A stretch of 64,000 nt of DNA from Asterias rubens. Taxonomy: Eukaryota. Where the stretch lies: positions 8,556,001 through 8,620,000 of the forward strand of contig NC_047071.1 in NCBI RefSeq assembly GCF_902459465.1, in the 5' to 3' direction. A program made the position numbers and the translations under genes. Position 1 is the first letter of the stretch. Every line of letters starts with the position of its first letter. The notes beneath the pieces were generated by a model that was given only the letters and a program-made list of their open reading frames with translations, searched no databases and was not told the DNA's origin. Below are positions 24,438 to 37,689 of this stretch, piece by piece.

Positions 24438-26633
24438 ATCGACAGCATAGTACGTCTATAACACCAATACCACGCAGAGTGGGTTTATAGAGGGGGTTCA
24501 CAGGGTAATGGATGCAGATACATTTCCGGATACACATATTATATCAACACTTTGTGTGTTCACGTGATTCGTAATCGTGACTTCCTTGTTTTGCATGCAC
24601 GGATACGGGAACTCAGGCGCGTATAGACCTACGTTGAAAAAAACAGACCATGGTAATGAATTGAGTTGAATTGTTCCCAATATTTTTCCTCCGGGTATTA
24701 CTTTTGAAGCTGTCATTCATGACATAGATATACTTGTTTTCATAACTTTGTTAGAAAAACATGGGGAACGCATTATTTTGAAACAACCGTCCGACTTATG
24801 TTGTCGTAATCGCTGGAAACTTTCTTTACATGGGAACGTTACAGAATTGGTAAGAAACAAAATCGTGAAGATCACAGATTTACATCAAACTTAATACATG
24901 GTCTAATGATGACGACAGTAGAAAACATCCCTTTAAATATTTATGACTAAAATGTCATATTTGGTGGGAAAAAACAGATACGGGAGCTCATACACGTAGG
25001 CTTAGGCGTACTAGGCCCTACAATGTGATGATTTAAGTTATATAATTCCCTAGTTGATTTATTTTTCTTTTTCGGATGTTGCTTTTAAAGGTCTCACTTT
25101 TGACATAGATAGAAATTTGTTCCTCATTTGTAAGAAAAACACAGGGGGAAACGCAGCATACACACAAGCGTCTCTATTTTGGCGCATTTTGCTTTAAACG
25201 TTTAATGTAGGTGTCCGAAAACGAACAGTGAAACAAAAGAAAAATATTCAACAGAATTCTACAAAACAACAATAACATACACAAGTTTTTTTTTATTTAG
25301 TTTGCTTGCAAAATCTATGTCAATGTGTGTCCATACTTTGGCCTATATACACTGTAGGTCTGACAATGATTGCGAGGTCTGACAATGATTGCGAAACAAA
25401 TTCCGAAGAGAGGGGAACGCAAAACTACCGGAGCCCCTATGGGGAAGAAACACGTACGAAATGTTGAAAAGCAAAAAAAAAAACACGGTTAAAATACCCG
25501 TATGTTTCCGCTTTCGAAACTTCTCTGATAATTGTTCAAAGAAGACACAAACGGAAACGAGGTATTAATGTTTGCTGTGTGAATATCAGTTATGCTTATT
25601 TCCGGAATTATAGAATGGACTGTTCACTCTTAGATTGCAACGATTGGGGATGAGCAAGACGTGATCTTTGCTGAATTCATTTAAAATGTTTTTCAATCAA
25701 TAAGGAAATTGAGTTCACATGAGTATAAATAGATTTCAGTTGTGTAAAAATAAGAATTTGTAATACCCTTAACACGTGCTTTTTAGAAAGATTCGCGAAA
25801 AGCTATGTTATGTCATCACTCATGTCATAATAATGTGGGAGCTCCCATTTGTATAGCCGCTTGGTTGCAGCATGGGGACAAAGCAAACTCCCACACACCC
25901 CATGACGTCAAAGTATTGTCATTTTGACGCCGTCAACGATAGAAGTGTTTCCGATTTTTTCGAAACCTTGAGGTTGGTGCCTCATTTTTTGTTCGACAAT
26001 TACGAAAAAAATTAGGAGTGTACAAATATCAATATTACATTTAAATGGTAAACGAACACGTTCTAAACAAGTTAAAACCCCTGCATTTCGTGTTGGCAGA
26101 GAAAAACACTATGCAGTACGTTGGCGGGCCATGAAAAACATGGCACACTAAATACACCATTACTCTATTACACACTAATCTGACTATGTGTTATGTAAGG
26201 TTCTTGTGCGTAGTATGCATCTAAACGTATCCGAAAACCACCGGTTATAAACATCTCCAGCTGGTCATTATCAACCGTTAAAACACCCCACGTGACGCGC
26301 TCTCCACCAATAGGAATAGTAAAACTGTCTGAGGTATTTAATATGAACACCCTTTTCAAGTTTACAAAACCAACAAGTATTTATCTACCGTTACTACAGG
26401 GCTCATAAACGGAGATGATGAAAATAATGGAATGAGGCTATTCTTCATTTCGTAGGCTCGATTTTCTTTTATTTGTTTGCCTCCGAAGTCATTTCGTGAG
26501 CTCAAATAAGTTATTATGTGCGCCCGAAATAAGTTCATGTGATCGAAATCGTTTCGAGTAAAACCATTTATTTCTAAGATCAAATCAAAACTTGAAATGA
26601 TTTCCAGTGCAGGAGATGAGGAATTCAAATTAT

Positions 26634-26848
26634 TTATGTGTTCCCCGTTCTCTATATAGTTTTATGTGTACCCCGTTCTCTATATAGTTTTATGTGTTCC
26701 CCGTTCTCTATATAGTTTTATGTGTTCCCCGTTCTCTATATAGTTTTATGTGTTCCCCGTTCTCTATACAGTTTTATGTATTCCCCGTTCTCTATATAGT
26801 TTTATGTGTTCCCCGTTCTCTATATAGTTTTATGTGTTCCCCGTTCTC
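26634..26848. repeat. 28-bp minisatellite (gttccccgttctctatatagttttatgt), about 7.5 units
   Basis: Near-perfect periodicity. Confidence 0.92.
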
Positions 26849-27845
26849 TTATATAGATATAATGTTTTTCATCATTATGTCTCTTTAGGGGCTCCGCAAG
26901 CAGTTTATTATACCAGTTTTAAATCATCCAATTGCTGTTTTCCCCATAGCACTTAAACATACGACTTGGCAACACGGAGATATGTCTATAATATAATGGA
27001 ATATAGGCCTACCAGCCATGTCATTTTTCAACAGCCCTGTGGTCATGTTTTTTTCTTCAATGATAATCCCATAATTAAAGGAAACCGACAAAAACACTTT
27101 ACAAAGTTGAGTGTGTTTGCCATTTCCTCCTTTGTTTTGCATGTATCAAATTGCATGTGTTACATATAGGTCAATGAATAGACGATGTGACCCGTGACAT
27201 CACGTTTACAAAAGGGCCACCAAGCCTGAACTTCCTGCAGGCAAGATTTGTACAAAGACAACGAAAAAAGAAAATCTTATATTATATTATATGGAGATTG
27301 CACTGTCAAATTCTTATCAACTTTTGATATGATGAAGTGTGCACATCTCAAAACTTATCCAGTATTTACTTTTATAACTCTTGGATTTATGTGAAAATTA
27401 TGACACAAAATGTACACTTTCCCAACTTGCCTGCCAGACTTGGCTAAAGAATGTGCAAAGTCACACTTATTGTACACAAAGTTCACATAGATGGTCTATA
27501 CGCCATAAGACAAGGTTAATACAATTTTTCCAACTAAGTGTTCAGTATTTTTGCAGTGATAAGATGAATACAAAAAATAAAAATACTTAAAATTTATACC
27601 GTACCTAATACGTTTCTAAGCGGTACCATAACACGGATACCTACGTATCCGTGTTATGGTTTGTGCTGTGGCGCAATTTGCAGCCATATAAACCAGGGAC
27701 ACTGGGGTGAGCCCCTTCTCTTTAAGGTAAGTGCACACCGGTGGATTTCACAAAGGTAGTCCTAACTTAGGACTAGTCTTAGGCAATGCTAAGAGATAGG
27801 ACCAGTCCTAAGTTAGGACCAGTAACTCATCCTAACTTAGGACTG

Positions 27846-28745
27846 TGCATGATCGATGATGATGATGCTAGTGTCGGTGCATGATCGATGATGTCGGTGT
27901 ATGGTCGATGATGATGATGCTAGTGTCGGTGCATGGTCGATAATGATTATGCTAGTGTCGGTGCATGGTCGATGATGTCGGTGCATGGTCGATGATGATG
28001 ATGCTAGTGTCAGTGCATTGTCGATGATGATGATGCTAGTGTCAGTGCAAAATCGATGATGATGATGCTAGTGTCGATGCATGATCGATGATGATGACGC
28101 TAGTGTCGGTGCATGGTCGATGATGATGATGCTAGTGTCGGTGCATGATCGATGATGATGATGCTAGTGTCGGTGCATGGTCGGTGATGTCGGTGCATGG
28201 TCGATGATGATGATGCTAGTGTCGGTGCATGATCGATGATGTCGGTGCATGGTCGATGATGATGATGCTAGTGTCGGTGCATGGTCGATAATGTTTATGC
28301 TAGTGTCGGTGCATGGTCGATGATGATGATGCTAGTGTCAGTGCATGGTCGATGATGATGATGCTAGTGTAAGTGCAAAATCGATGATGATGATGCTAGT
28401 GTCGGTGCATGATCGATGATGATGATGCTTGTGTCGGTGCATGGTCGATGATGATGATGCTAGTGTCAGTGCATGGTCGATGATGATGATGCTAGTGTCG
28501 GTGCATGGTCGATGATGATGATGCTAGTGTCGGTGCATGATCGATGATGAGGATGCTAGTGTCGGTGCATGGTCGATGATGATGATGCCAGTGTCGGTAC
28601 ATGGTCGATGATGATGATGCTAGTGTCGGTGCATGATCGATGATGAGGATGCTAGTGTCGGTGCATGGTCGATGATGATGATGCCAGTGTTGGTACATGG
28701 TCGATGATGATGATGCTAGTGTCGGTGCATGGTCGATGATTATGA
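27846..28745. repeat. ~32-bp minisatellite (gtcgatgatgatgatgctagtgtcggtgcatg), 3' of GPCR gene 5
   Basis: Periodicity visible directly, with shorter variant units. Confidence 0.92.
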
Positions 28746-28836
28746 TGCTGGTGTTAATGATGTGTCGGTCATCCTGCTGCTTCCGATGATTATGATGATG
28801 GTGTTGATGTGTCAATGTCGATCGGCATGGAATTTG

Positions 28837-29928
28837 TTAATTATTTCGTAATGACAGCAAGAATTTCAGTAAATCTGAAGGTTCTTGTATTTCAGAGTAA
28901 CGACACGTAACTATCTCCCGCATTACCACTTTGAACTGTGGGTGGTTGACAGCGTAGATGATGGGGTTTACACAGCCATTGATAATAGTAATGGTGACTC
29001 CGTACAGAGCAAACTTACGGCCAGATGGTATAGCGAGAGAGATAAAGTAAGGAGACAACAACAATGCGAAGACGCAAAACACCAGGAAGAGGTTCTTGGT
29101 GATAGCTAGTTGCTGGCGGTTGATGGCCTGCCAGGCTTTCTTGGAGACGTGCTCAGCATTATTCGCTGAAGACTCCCCCGTGGCAATAGTGGAAACGGTG
29201 GAGTTTTCACCATCTAAACCGGCCGCTGGGGAGATAGACTGATTATTCTTGAAAGATCTGCCCATCTGTTTCCTGAAGTGTTGTTTGAGATGGATGTAGA
29301 GTGCCGTGTAGCAACAGATGATGATGAGCATTGGGACTGGGTATAGACCCAAGAATTGTGCCAGGTTATATTCGGCGCCTCTCGGGTGACCATCTTTATC
29401 TGAACATGTATTGTCTTGGCGATCGTAACCAATGGAGCCTATGCCCAGAATCGGCGGGAGGAAAGTCACAATACACGGGATGACCCAAGTCATTGCGATC
29501 ATGACGGCTACTTTACGCGGGGTGTACCACACACGGTAGGTATTCGTGCTTTGAGTGATGAGGACCATGCGGTTCATAGCTATGGTGGCCAACGAGTAGA
29601 TACTCGCGCCAAGACCAGTGTAAAGTTGAATAGCAGCAATAATGCACGATAACTCCGACTCCATGGGCCAGCTTTCATGGCTCACCAAAGCTACGCAAAT
29701 CCACGGTAAGGAGAGACTGGTCCAGAAATCAGCCACACTGAGGTTGACCACGAAGGCGTTGGTCACGGTGCGGAGTTTCTTGGACAGAATGACGGACCAG
29801 ATGACGAGACTGTTTCCTACGAGGCCGATGATAGAGGCTACGATCAACACACAGCCCACACCAATGCGAGCCTCGTAGGGGTAGAGTTGGGGATCAATAA
29901 CTACCGGCTCTACGGTTGAATCATTCAT
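28837..29928 (-). CDS. Intronless class A GPCR, cluster gene 5 (363 aa)
   Basis: Full ORF; N-terminus MNDSTVEPVVIDP is shared with gene 8; TM3 IAMNRM; TM7 NGCVNPIIY. Confidence 0.94.
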   Translation of the reverse strand: MNDSTVEPVVIDPQLYPYEARIGVGCVLIVASIIGLVGNSLVIWSVILSKKLRTVTNAFVVNLSVADFWTSLSLPWICVALVSHESWPMESELSCIIAAIQLYTGLGASIYSLATIAMNRMVLITQSTNTYRVWYTPRKVAVMIAMTWVIPCIVTFLPPILGIGSIGYDRQDNTCSDKDGHPRGAEYNLAQFLGLYPVPMLIIICCYTALYIHLKQHFRKQMGRSFKNNQSISPAAGLDGENSTVSTIATGESSANNAEHVSKKAWQAINRQQLAITKNLFLVFCVFALLLSPYFISLAIPSGRKFALYGVTITIINGCVNPIIYAVNHPQFKVVMREIVTCRYSEIQEPSDLLKFLLSLRNN

Positions 29929-31908
29929 GATTAAAACAAGTTCTTGTGCAAAGTCTCTTCTCGTTACATTACCGATTCAAAACCACAGTATTTTGTCAAG
30001 ATTACTCAATTTATCGTTGATAGGAAGTTGACTGACGACGCTCACATTATAGGCCTACGTGATACATCACCAGCAAACTGCCCAGAAAACGCGGAGCTAA
30101 ACAATTAAACCAGTTCGTGACATTTTAATGTCTCCTTTGGTCGTAATAAGTGAATAATGAGATTGAAATGCTAAAAGGGTTGCTCTTTGCAGCCTCCCTA
30201 GAGATTAAGGTCTCTATCAATAGATTGTGTTCAAAACTGACGACTTCAGTCAATGCGCACCGTATTATAAAGACGCTTTGCCCTTAATTCCTTCTCCGTC
30301 AACTTATTGATAGTAATGTAATGCATTGAAAACAATGATTCAATGCATTGCAATGAGGATTGATGTATAGTCAGGTATCATATTACCGAGGGTATCATCA
30401 TTCCGTGGGGCCAGAAAATTTATTTTTTTCGTTTACGTCATCTATAGACAACTTTAATATAGGTTTTCTCGGTCAAATTCAGAAAATGATCAGCCAATTT
30501 CATTTTTATGCGTTCGAATTTAAGTCACCTGAAGGTGGTATTTTGTCAAAATAAAGCTTTTGTCACTAAAATATGTTGAATCGCATGCAGTGCCAACAAC
30601 ACAGGCAAATGCTCCTTTAGGCTCGTTACGTCTTCAGGTACCTTCTTCGACTTCCCCACTAGCTGGAATTTCTTTTGGGATTGCGTCATGTTTTAGAAGA
30701 AAAAAATTTATCTTCATGTCGAAATGTGTAGTGTATTCCCAAAGCACGACGGCTCGTAGTGTTTGCTGCACTTAGCGCTGGACAATACGTCGGACCGGAT
30801 TACTTTGCAAACTGACCCCATCTTTAGTTGTTTTGCTGCATCCAAAAGGGGGTAGGCGGAGTCACCCCCACACAACTTTATTTAATTTGTTTAAAACATT
30901 TACTCAAAAAACGGTCGGCCGTTTATGGGAATCAAATTTTTGACTCCCATAAATGGCCGATCGGGTTAGTTCTCAAAGCAAAAGGAAAACCACGCAATTT
31001 CGAGGCAAATTTGTGCGGATCATTGTATTCTACCTTTAAACATCTTTCCAACCATATTCATTTTATAACAAACGGTTTCAAACGCTTTTTTACCAACTCG
31101 TCCGATCCAAGGCAACGTGTTCCTTTAAGCAGTAAAATAGCTCGCTTATTTTTAACATGTTACTGGCCAAAATGTCATGCAATATACATTGCTTGTGACT
31201 AGTATTAATGCTTACTTAGCATACCAATTGTGTGGAGTCTTGACCGGTAATCTGATTTTACTAAGCAAGGTTTTTTTTTGCTTAAGCAAAATTTTGTGCT
31301 TAAGCAGCTCTATGAAATTGGGCCCAGAGCTTGAATCCGGTTCTCTTAACTGCTCGGCCGTGACACTGGCACAAAAAAAACATAATGTGGTGCGACCAAC
31401 GCCCTGTAGTCTTTTGCGCCAGTTCAACGGGCACTGGGTGTTTTATATGGGGGCTAAATCAATGAGGTCGTAGTGGGTTTCCCAAGCAGCACAAAGGGCC
31501 CAACAACACACCTCTCCCCTTTAGAAAGTGGTCTCTGACAATTCAACATTACAACATTATTTAATACAATAGAAAGTTAATAGTATTATTATTCAAATTT
31601 AAATTTAGTTAAGTTGTATCCATCCGGTTTGGTGAAGTAGCTAGGACTTGTCCCCTGGTATCTCTCGTCAGTATTTATCTCGTGTTCCCTCTCACCGACT
31701 CTCCCTCTCATTCATCATCAGGCTAGCCAGGCCGTAGTTCCCGGGACCTCCTCTCGTCCAGTGTGTACAGCACAGCTGTAGAGATGTCTCTTCGGACGGC
31801 ATAAAACTACCCTTATACCATAATAATTGTTTCCTAAAATTACGTTACATGCTTTTATTTTACTATAACCAAAATTAGACAGTCTAAATGGCTTCCCAAA
31901 ATAACACG

Positions 31909-32195
31909 TTAAAGGCAGTGGACACTATTGGTAATTACTCAAAATAATTATTAGCATAAACCCTTAATTGGCATAAACCCTTAATTTCGAGACCTCAAGT
32001 TTAGAACTTGAGGTCTCGAAATCAAGCATCTGAAAGTACACAACTTCGTGTGACAAGGGTGTTTTTTCTTTCATAGTTATCTCGTAACGACCAATTGAGC
32101 TAAAATGTTCACAGGTTTGTTATTTTATGTACATGTTGAGATACACCAAGTGAGAAGACTGGATTTTGACAATTACCAATGTCCACTGCCTTTAA
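31909..32195. mobile_element. MITE family A copy with a ~100-bp internal deletion
   Basis: The paralogous copy at 39576-39958 has the same flanks and is full length. Confidence 0.85.
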
Positions 32196-32557
32196 AACAT
32201 TTTACATCGATACCACGTTAAATCCTTATACTAAATATTTTACATCAACATCAAGTACATCGTGTTTAAACAAAATGTAATAGGTAAAAGTGGTTCATAC
32301 TCAAAGTTTAACCAGAAATCTTAACAGGATTTTTGATAAGGTACTCTCTGGCTTCTGCATTCAAATTTACTTGTGGTTCCCATGTACTTTTTGATTTAGT
32401 GAAACCTTTCCATCTGATCAAGTACTCTAATCGTTTTTTCCTGTATCTTCATCTGACTATAGGTTCAATTTCATACTCTCTGGGTTTCTTTTGAACCTTG
32501 GGTAGCCCTGGAACAATAACAATTCCTGATTCATCTTGAATTGAATCTCGCTTTGAT

Positions 32558-32926
32558 TTAAAGCCATTATACACTTTCGGAACAGAACAACAAAAGTTCA
32601 GAGATTAACAACTAACCTACAGGGTTTACAGAAGGTAATGATAAAAGACTTCTCTTGATATATTATTCCATGAAATGCTTTACTTTAATGCTAAACATTA
32701 AAACAATATCAATTCTCGTTAGCGAGAATTACGGATTTATAGTAAACACATGTCATGACACGGCGAAACGTGCGGAAACAAGGGTGGGGTTTCCCGTTAT
32801 TTTCTCCCGACTCCGATGACCGATTGAGCCTAAATTTTCACAGGTTGTTATTTTATATATAAGTTGTGATACAAGAAGTGTGGGCCTTGGACAATACTGT
32901 TTACCGAAAGTGTCCACTGGCTTTAA
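32558..32926. mobile_element. MITE family B copy, reverse orientation
   Basis: TIRs and TTAA present; duplicated at 40321-40678. Confidence 0.85.
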
Positions 32927-33821
32927 GGGCAAGGATAATATCCTGCGGGCAGTCTTCTTCACACAAATCTGGTATCGGTGTATTTGCCAACGGATCACAT
33001 GGGCAGAAATCATTGTCTGGCCGTACATATCTATCATAAGAGGGGATGTATCAGGGATGACAGTAACTTGTTATTTTCTAGGTTTCTAACCCGAAAATTT
33101 ACAGGAGTTGTCTGTTCTACAAGTAAACTGCTCACAAAAATTTAGGACACCTTTTTTTAATTAAGTATATCTTTATTATTTATTAGTCTCCTCGTTTATG
33201 TTATACTACAAACGCAAAGCTGAATTGTTCCTCTTTAAAATGATAGCACATTTGCAATGATTACATGCTGCTGAATTTGGCTAAATGAATGACAATGAGG
33301 CAAGGTAATTGTTTGATCGATTCAAAATATTAAAAATAATAATAATGATAGTGCTATATTTTCTATTGTGTAGATTTGTTGGCAGGAATTAATGTTGATC
33401 CTCCCTTTCTTAGTTGCTTCGGCAAAGTAAAGTAAAGTATACGGGACAAAAAGACGGGCAAGTGGACGATGTCACAAAGCACTCAGATTCGTCTTAACTT
33501 AAGATGATTTGCTTGCCTCAGTGATTTGTATTGTGACTCTAATTGCGCCCCCCCCCCCACTTACCCCCCCCCCCCTGTCACCCCATTACACCATGCTACA
33601 TTTGCAGAATTAATTTCTAGTGTGTGCCGCACTTCTAGTGTATGATGAGCGCGAGCCGAAGTTGCATAGCTAACCAGGTTCTGGTGCCGCACGTGATTCG
33701 TGCTGCACGACTTCAACGTTGTTTTCGTTGGCACGTTTTCGTAAATCATCAGCCGCGCTTTCATACCTTGCTTTCATCCTCTTTCAAAAATAGGACGTTA
33801 AATAAATCAAATTTGAAATAA

Positions 33822-33900
33822 TTTTTGAGGTTGAACAAAGAATTGACTAGAGTGGGATTCTTTGTCAATTCTAGTCAATTCTTTGTTCAACCCCAAAAAA
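33822..33900. repeat. Short hairpin ttgaacaaagaattgactaga ... tctagtcaattctttgttcaa (duplicated at about 42415-42495)
   Basis: Inverted arms visible directly. Confidence 0.75.
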
Positions 33901-35402
33901 TCATTTCAAAATTTACCCAGTCAGTTTCCCTTGCGGTTTATATCAATATTGAAATACGAAGAAAACAAAAAAAATCGAACCCCCCTGGCCTAGTATGATC
34001 ACCGGACCGAAAAAATGACATAAGAAAAATTTGCAGCCCGATCTAAACAGGCACCTGGGAGTTTTACTCACCCAAACAGACACGTTACTTGCAAAAGTAT
34101 TAGATTGAATATTATCTGGGTTGAAAAGTTCAAAAGGTGATTTTAGTCTCAGTGCAAGTTTTGCTCTGATCAATCTTTGGAACCCGTTAAAAAAAAATAT
34201 TTTAATTTTAATCAACATCCAACGGCGCAAGCGCCAATTACACATGGGCGACGTCATGTCCTCACCGCTTGTGATTAAAGCAATGTATATTAGATTCCAG
34301 CATTTCATTAACATTTTAGCGACAGTGCCAAATATATGTAGTTTGTGTCTGACATGCAAGAAAATAAATATCAAATTTGATTAACTTTTCATTATTTTGA
34401 TTTCAAATTAAATAAGCACATGAAGAAAAAAAAACCGTAGCAACAATCCAATGTGTTCACGGGATGCTAATTGGTAAAAATGAAAGTATGTCAGCATTTA
34501 GTTCCCGTGACCTCCACTCGTCCAGTGTGTACAGTGTGTACAGCTGTAGAGATGTCTCTTCGGACGGCATAAAACTACCCCAATAGGATTGAAGCATGTT
34601 GTGATTATGCAGTCCTATTATGTACAGATATGAACAGATATGAAAAATTTGTGGAAAAATACTTCTTTCTCGAAAACTATGTCACTTCAGAGGGAGCCGT
34701 TTCTCACAATGTTTTATACCATCAACCTCTCCCCATTACTCATTACCAAGTAAAGTTTTATGCTAATAATTATTTTGAGTAATTACCAATAGTGTCCACT
34801 GCCTATAAAGGACTTGGGTGCTTTTTCAAAATGTCCATGAATTTACATTAAACAGGGTTTGAAGGTAATGATAGTGGAAAGTTTCCCTTCAAATATTACT
34901 TACTGGGGTGCAGTAGTTTTTGAGAATTAGTAAAACAATGTCATGAAAATACAATTGTATTATCCTTAAAATAATTTTCGTCTCATGAGACGAAAATTAT
35001 TTTCGTTTTACTCATTTCCCCAAAACTACAGCACCTCAGCACGTAATATTTTCAGGGAAGCTTTCTACTGTCATTATCTTCAAACTGTGTCAGTTTAGTG
35101 TAAAACTGTGGCACTGTGTTTTTTCTCCTACAAAAAGTATACACCCTTTCAAAGGGCAAGGTCACTAAGGCATTTAAATCTGAGGTCTCGAAATCAAATT
35201 CGTGGAAAATTGCTTCTTTCTCGATAACGATGGCACTTCAGAGGGAGCCGTTTCTCACAATGTTTTATACCATCAACCTCTCCACATTACTCTTCACCAA
35301 GAAAGGTTTTATGCAAATAATTATTTTGAGTAATTACCAATAGTGCCCATGCACTGCCTTTAAGAGAAACAACAACAACAACAAACACTTGATGAAAGGC
35401 TC

Positions 35403-35790
35403 TTAAAGGTAGTAGACACTATTGGTAATTGTCAAAGACTAGCCTTCACAGTTGGTGTATCTCCACATATGCATACAATAACTAACCTGTGAAAATTTGA
35501 GCTCAATCGGTCATCGAAGTTGCGAGATAATAATGACAGAAAAAACGCCCTTGTCACACGAAGTTGTGTGCGTTTTAAGATGGTTGATTTCGAGACCTTA
35601 AGTTCTAAATCTGAGGTCTCGAAATCAAATTCGTGGAAAATTACTTCTTTCTCGATAACGATGGCACTTCAGAGGGAGCCGTTTCTCACAATGTTTTATA
35701 CCATCAACCTCTCCCCATTGCTCATCACCAAGAAAGGTTTTATGCTAATAATTATTTTGAGTAATAGCCAATAGTGTCCACTGCCTTTAA
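35403..35790. mobile_element. MITE family A copy, reverse orientation
   Basis: TIRs and TTAA present; duplicated at 46552-46940. Confidence 0.87.
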
Positions 35791-36318
35791 TCTTGTGCCA
35801 ATTCTCTTGCCTGTTATAAGGGTGATGGTATTGATGCTGTTTCAAAAATGAAGATGGTAGTGCTGCTTTTGGTGATAGTGTTAGTTCTGTCTCGATGTTG
35901 ATGCTGGTGTCGGTGCTGTGTTGATGATAAACGTAGAGTGGCGTTGATGATGTTGAAGGTGGTGTTGGTGTTCGTGCGGTGTCTATTGATCATGTTTTTG
36001 TCGGTGCTTGGTCGATGATCAATGTTGTAGTGCTGCTGCTGATGCTGATGATGATGGTGGGAGTGGTGCTGGTTTTGGCGGTGTGTCGATGATGATGGTG
36101 CTGGTGTCGGTGCTGTGTCGATGAAAAAGGTGATAGTCGTTGCTGCTGCTGATGGTGAAGGTGGTGTTGTTGTTGATGCTGCGGAGCTGATGTCGATGAT
36201 GATGATGCTGGTGTAATGATGTGTCGATGATGTCGTCCTGTTGCTGCTGTTGATTATAATGATGGTGATGGTGTCGATGTCGTTGGAACTAGTTAACAGA
36301 ATCCCGGCATGGAATTTG

Positions 36319-37689
36319 TTAATTCTTTCGCAATGACAGCAAGAGTTTCAGTAAATCTGAAGGTTCTTGTATTTCAGAGTAACGGCACTTAACTATCTTC
36401 CGCATAACCACTTTGAACTGTGGGTGATTGACTGCGTATATGATGGGGTTTACACAACTGTTAAAAACAGTTATAGTGACTCCGTAGAGAGCAAACTTAC
36501 GACTGGATGGTATAGCGAGAGAGATAAAGTAAGGAGACAGTAACGATGCGAAGATGCAAAACACAAGGAAGAGGTTCTTGGTGATGGCTAGTTGCTGGCG
36601 GCTGATTGCTTGACGGTGTCTCACGCTGGAGTCTTGTAAGGTGCTCACTGAGTTGATGGAACTAGCTGTACTGACGCGGTTGGGGACATGAGATTGGCAA
36701 CGCGTAGTTGTATCGACACTGAGCGTCTGCGAAAGCTCCCTAGCAGCGCTATGTTTCGCACTGTCGTTAACGGGGGTTTTAGCTTGAGTGTCATCAAGAA
36801 ATGTAATTTCGGATAAGTCTTCATAAACTGCATTGGATCTGCTGGATGTTTCCCCAACCGATGGTTCAACAGTTGACGGGATATATGTGCTGAGGTCTCC
36901 GCTGACGTTGGTTTCTCCAGAAGAAGCCACAATGGCAACCGAAAAGCTGACAGAAGTTTCTGCGATGGTTTGTCTTGATCTTATATTCTGCATGTTGTCC
37001 TTCTTCTTCATCTTCCTGAAGTGTTGTTTGAGATGGATGTAGAGTGCCGTGTAGCAACAGATGATGATGAGCATTGGGACCGGGTATAGACCCACAGATT
37101 GTGCCAGGTTGTATTCGGGACCTCTTGGGTGACCATCTTTATCTGAACATGTATTGTCTTGTGGATCGTAACCAAATACGCCTATGCCCAGAATCGGTGG
37201 GAGGAAAAACACAATACACGGACAAACCCAAGTCATTGCGATCATGACGGCTACTTTACGCGGGGTGTACCACCAACTGTAGGTGTTCATTGTTTGAGTG
37301 ACGAGGACCATACGGTTCAAAGCTATGGAGGCCAACGAGTAGAGACTTGCACCGAGACCGGTATAAAGTTGAATGGCAGCAATTACACAAGGGACCTCCG
37401 ATTCCAAGGGCCAGCTTTCATTACTCACCAAAGCTACGCAAATCCACGGGTAGGAGAGACTGGTCCAGAAATCAGCCACGCTGAGGTTGACCACGAAGGC
37501 GTTGGTCACGGTGCGGAGTTTCTTGGATAGGATGACGGACCAGATGACGAGACTGTTACCTACGAGGCCCAGAATGCAGGTCAAAATCCAAACACCGACC
37601 AAGGCTGCACGAGCTTCGTATGGATACAGCGAAGAATAGACTGGTGCCTTCGTTGTATCATTGATCTTGGGCAGAGAGTTGTTGTCCAT
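36319..37689 (-). CDS. Intronless class A GPCR, cluster gene 6, long-ICL3 form (456 aa from the likely ATG at 37689; ORF extends to 37800)
   Basis: 7TM motifs as in the paralogs. N- and C-terminal parts are near-identical to gene 7, and the Ser/Thr-rich ICL3 is near-identical to gene 8. Confidence 0.93.
   Translation of the reverse strand: MDNNSLPKINDTTKAPVYSSLYPYEARAALVGVWILTCILGLVGNSLVIWSVILSKKLRTVTNAFVVNLSVADFWTSLSYPWICVALVSNESWPLESEVPCVIAAIQLYTGLGASLYSLASIALNRMVLVTQTMNTYSWWYTPRKVAVMIAMTWVCPCIVFFLPPILGIGVFGYDPQDNTCSDKDGHPRGPEYNLAQSVGLYPVPMLIIICCYTALYIHLKQHFRKMKKKDNMQNIRSRQTIAETSVSFSVAIVASSGETNVSGDLSTYIPSTVEPSVGETSSRSNAVYEDLSEITFLDDTQAKTPVNDSAKHSAARELSQTLSVDTTTRCQSHVPNRVSTASSINSVSTLQDSSVRHRQAISRQQLAITKNLFLVFCIFASLLSPYFISLAIPSSRKFALYGVTITVFNSCVNPIIYAVNHPQFKVVMRKIVKCRYSEIQEPSDLLKLLLSLRKN

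Larger units (their letters stand above)
31773..34495. repeat. Segmental duplication block X (paralog X' at about 39441-43087)
   Basis: Colinear high identity including the embedded MITEs; X' carries an extra 850-bp Harbinger-like insertion. Confidence 0.9.

Noticed and set aside
28492-28815. His-rich ORF (HHHHRPCTDTS repeats)
   Set aside because: Translation of the 32-bp minisatellite on the minus strand.
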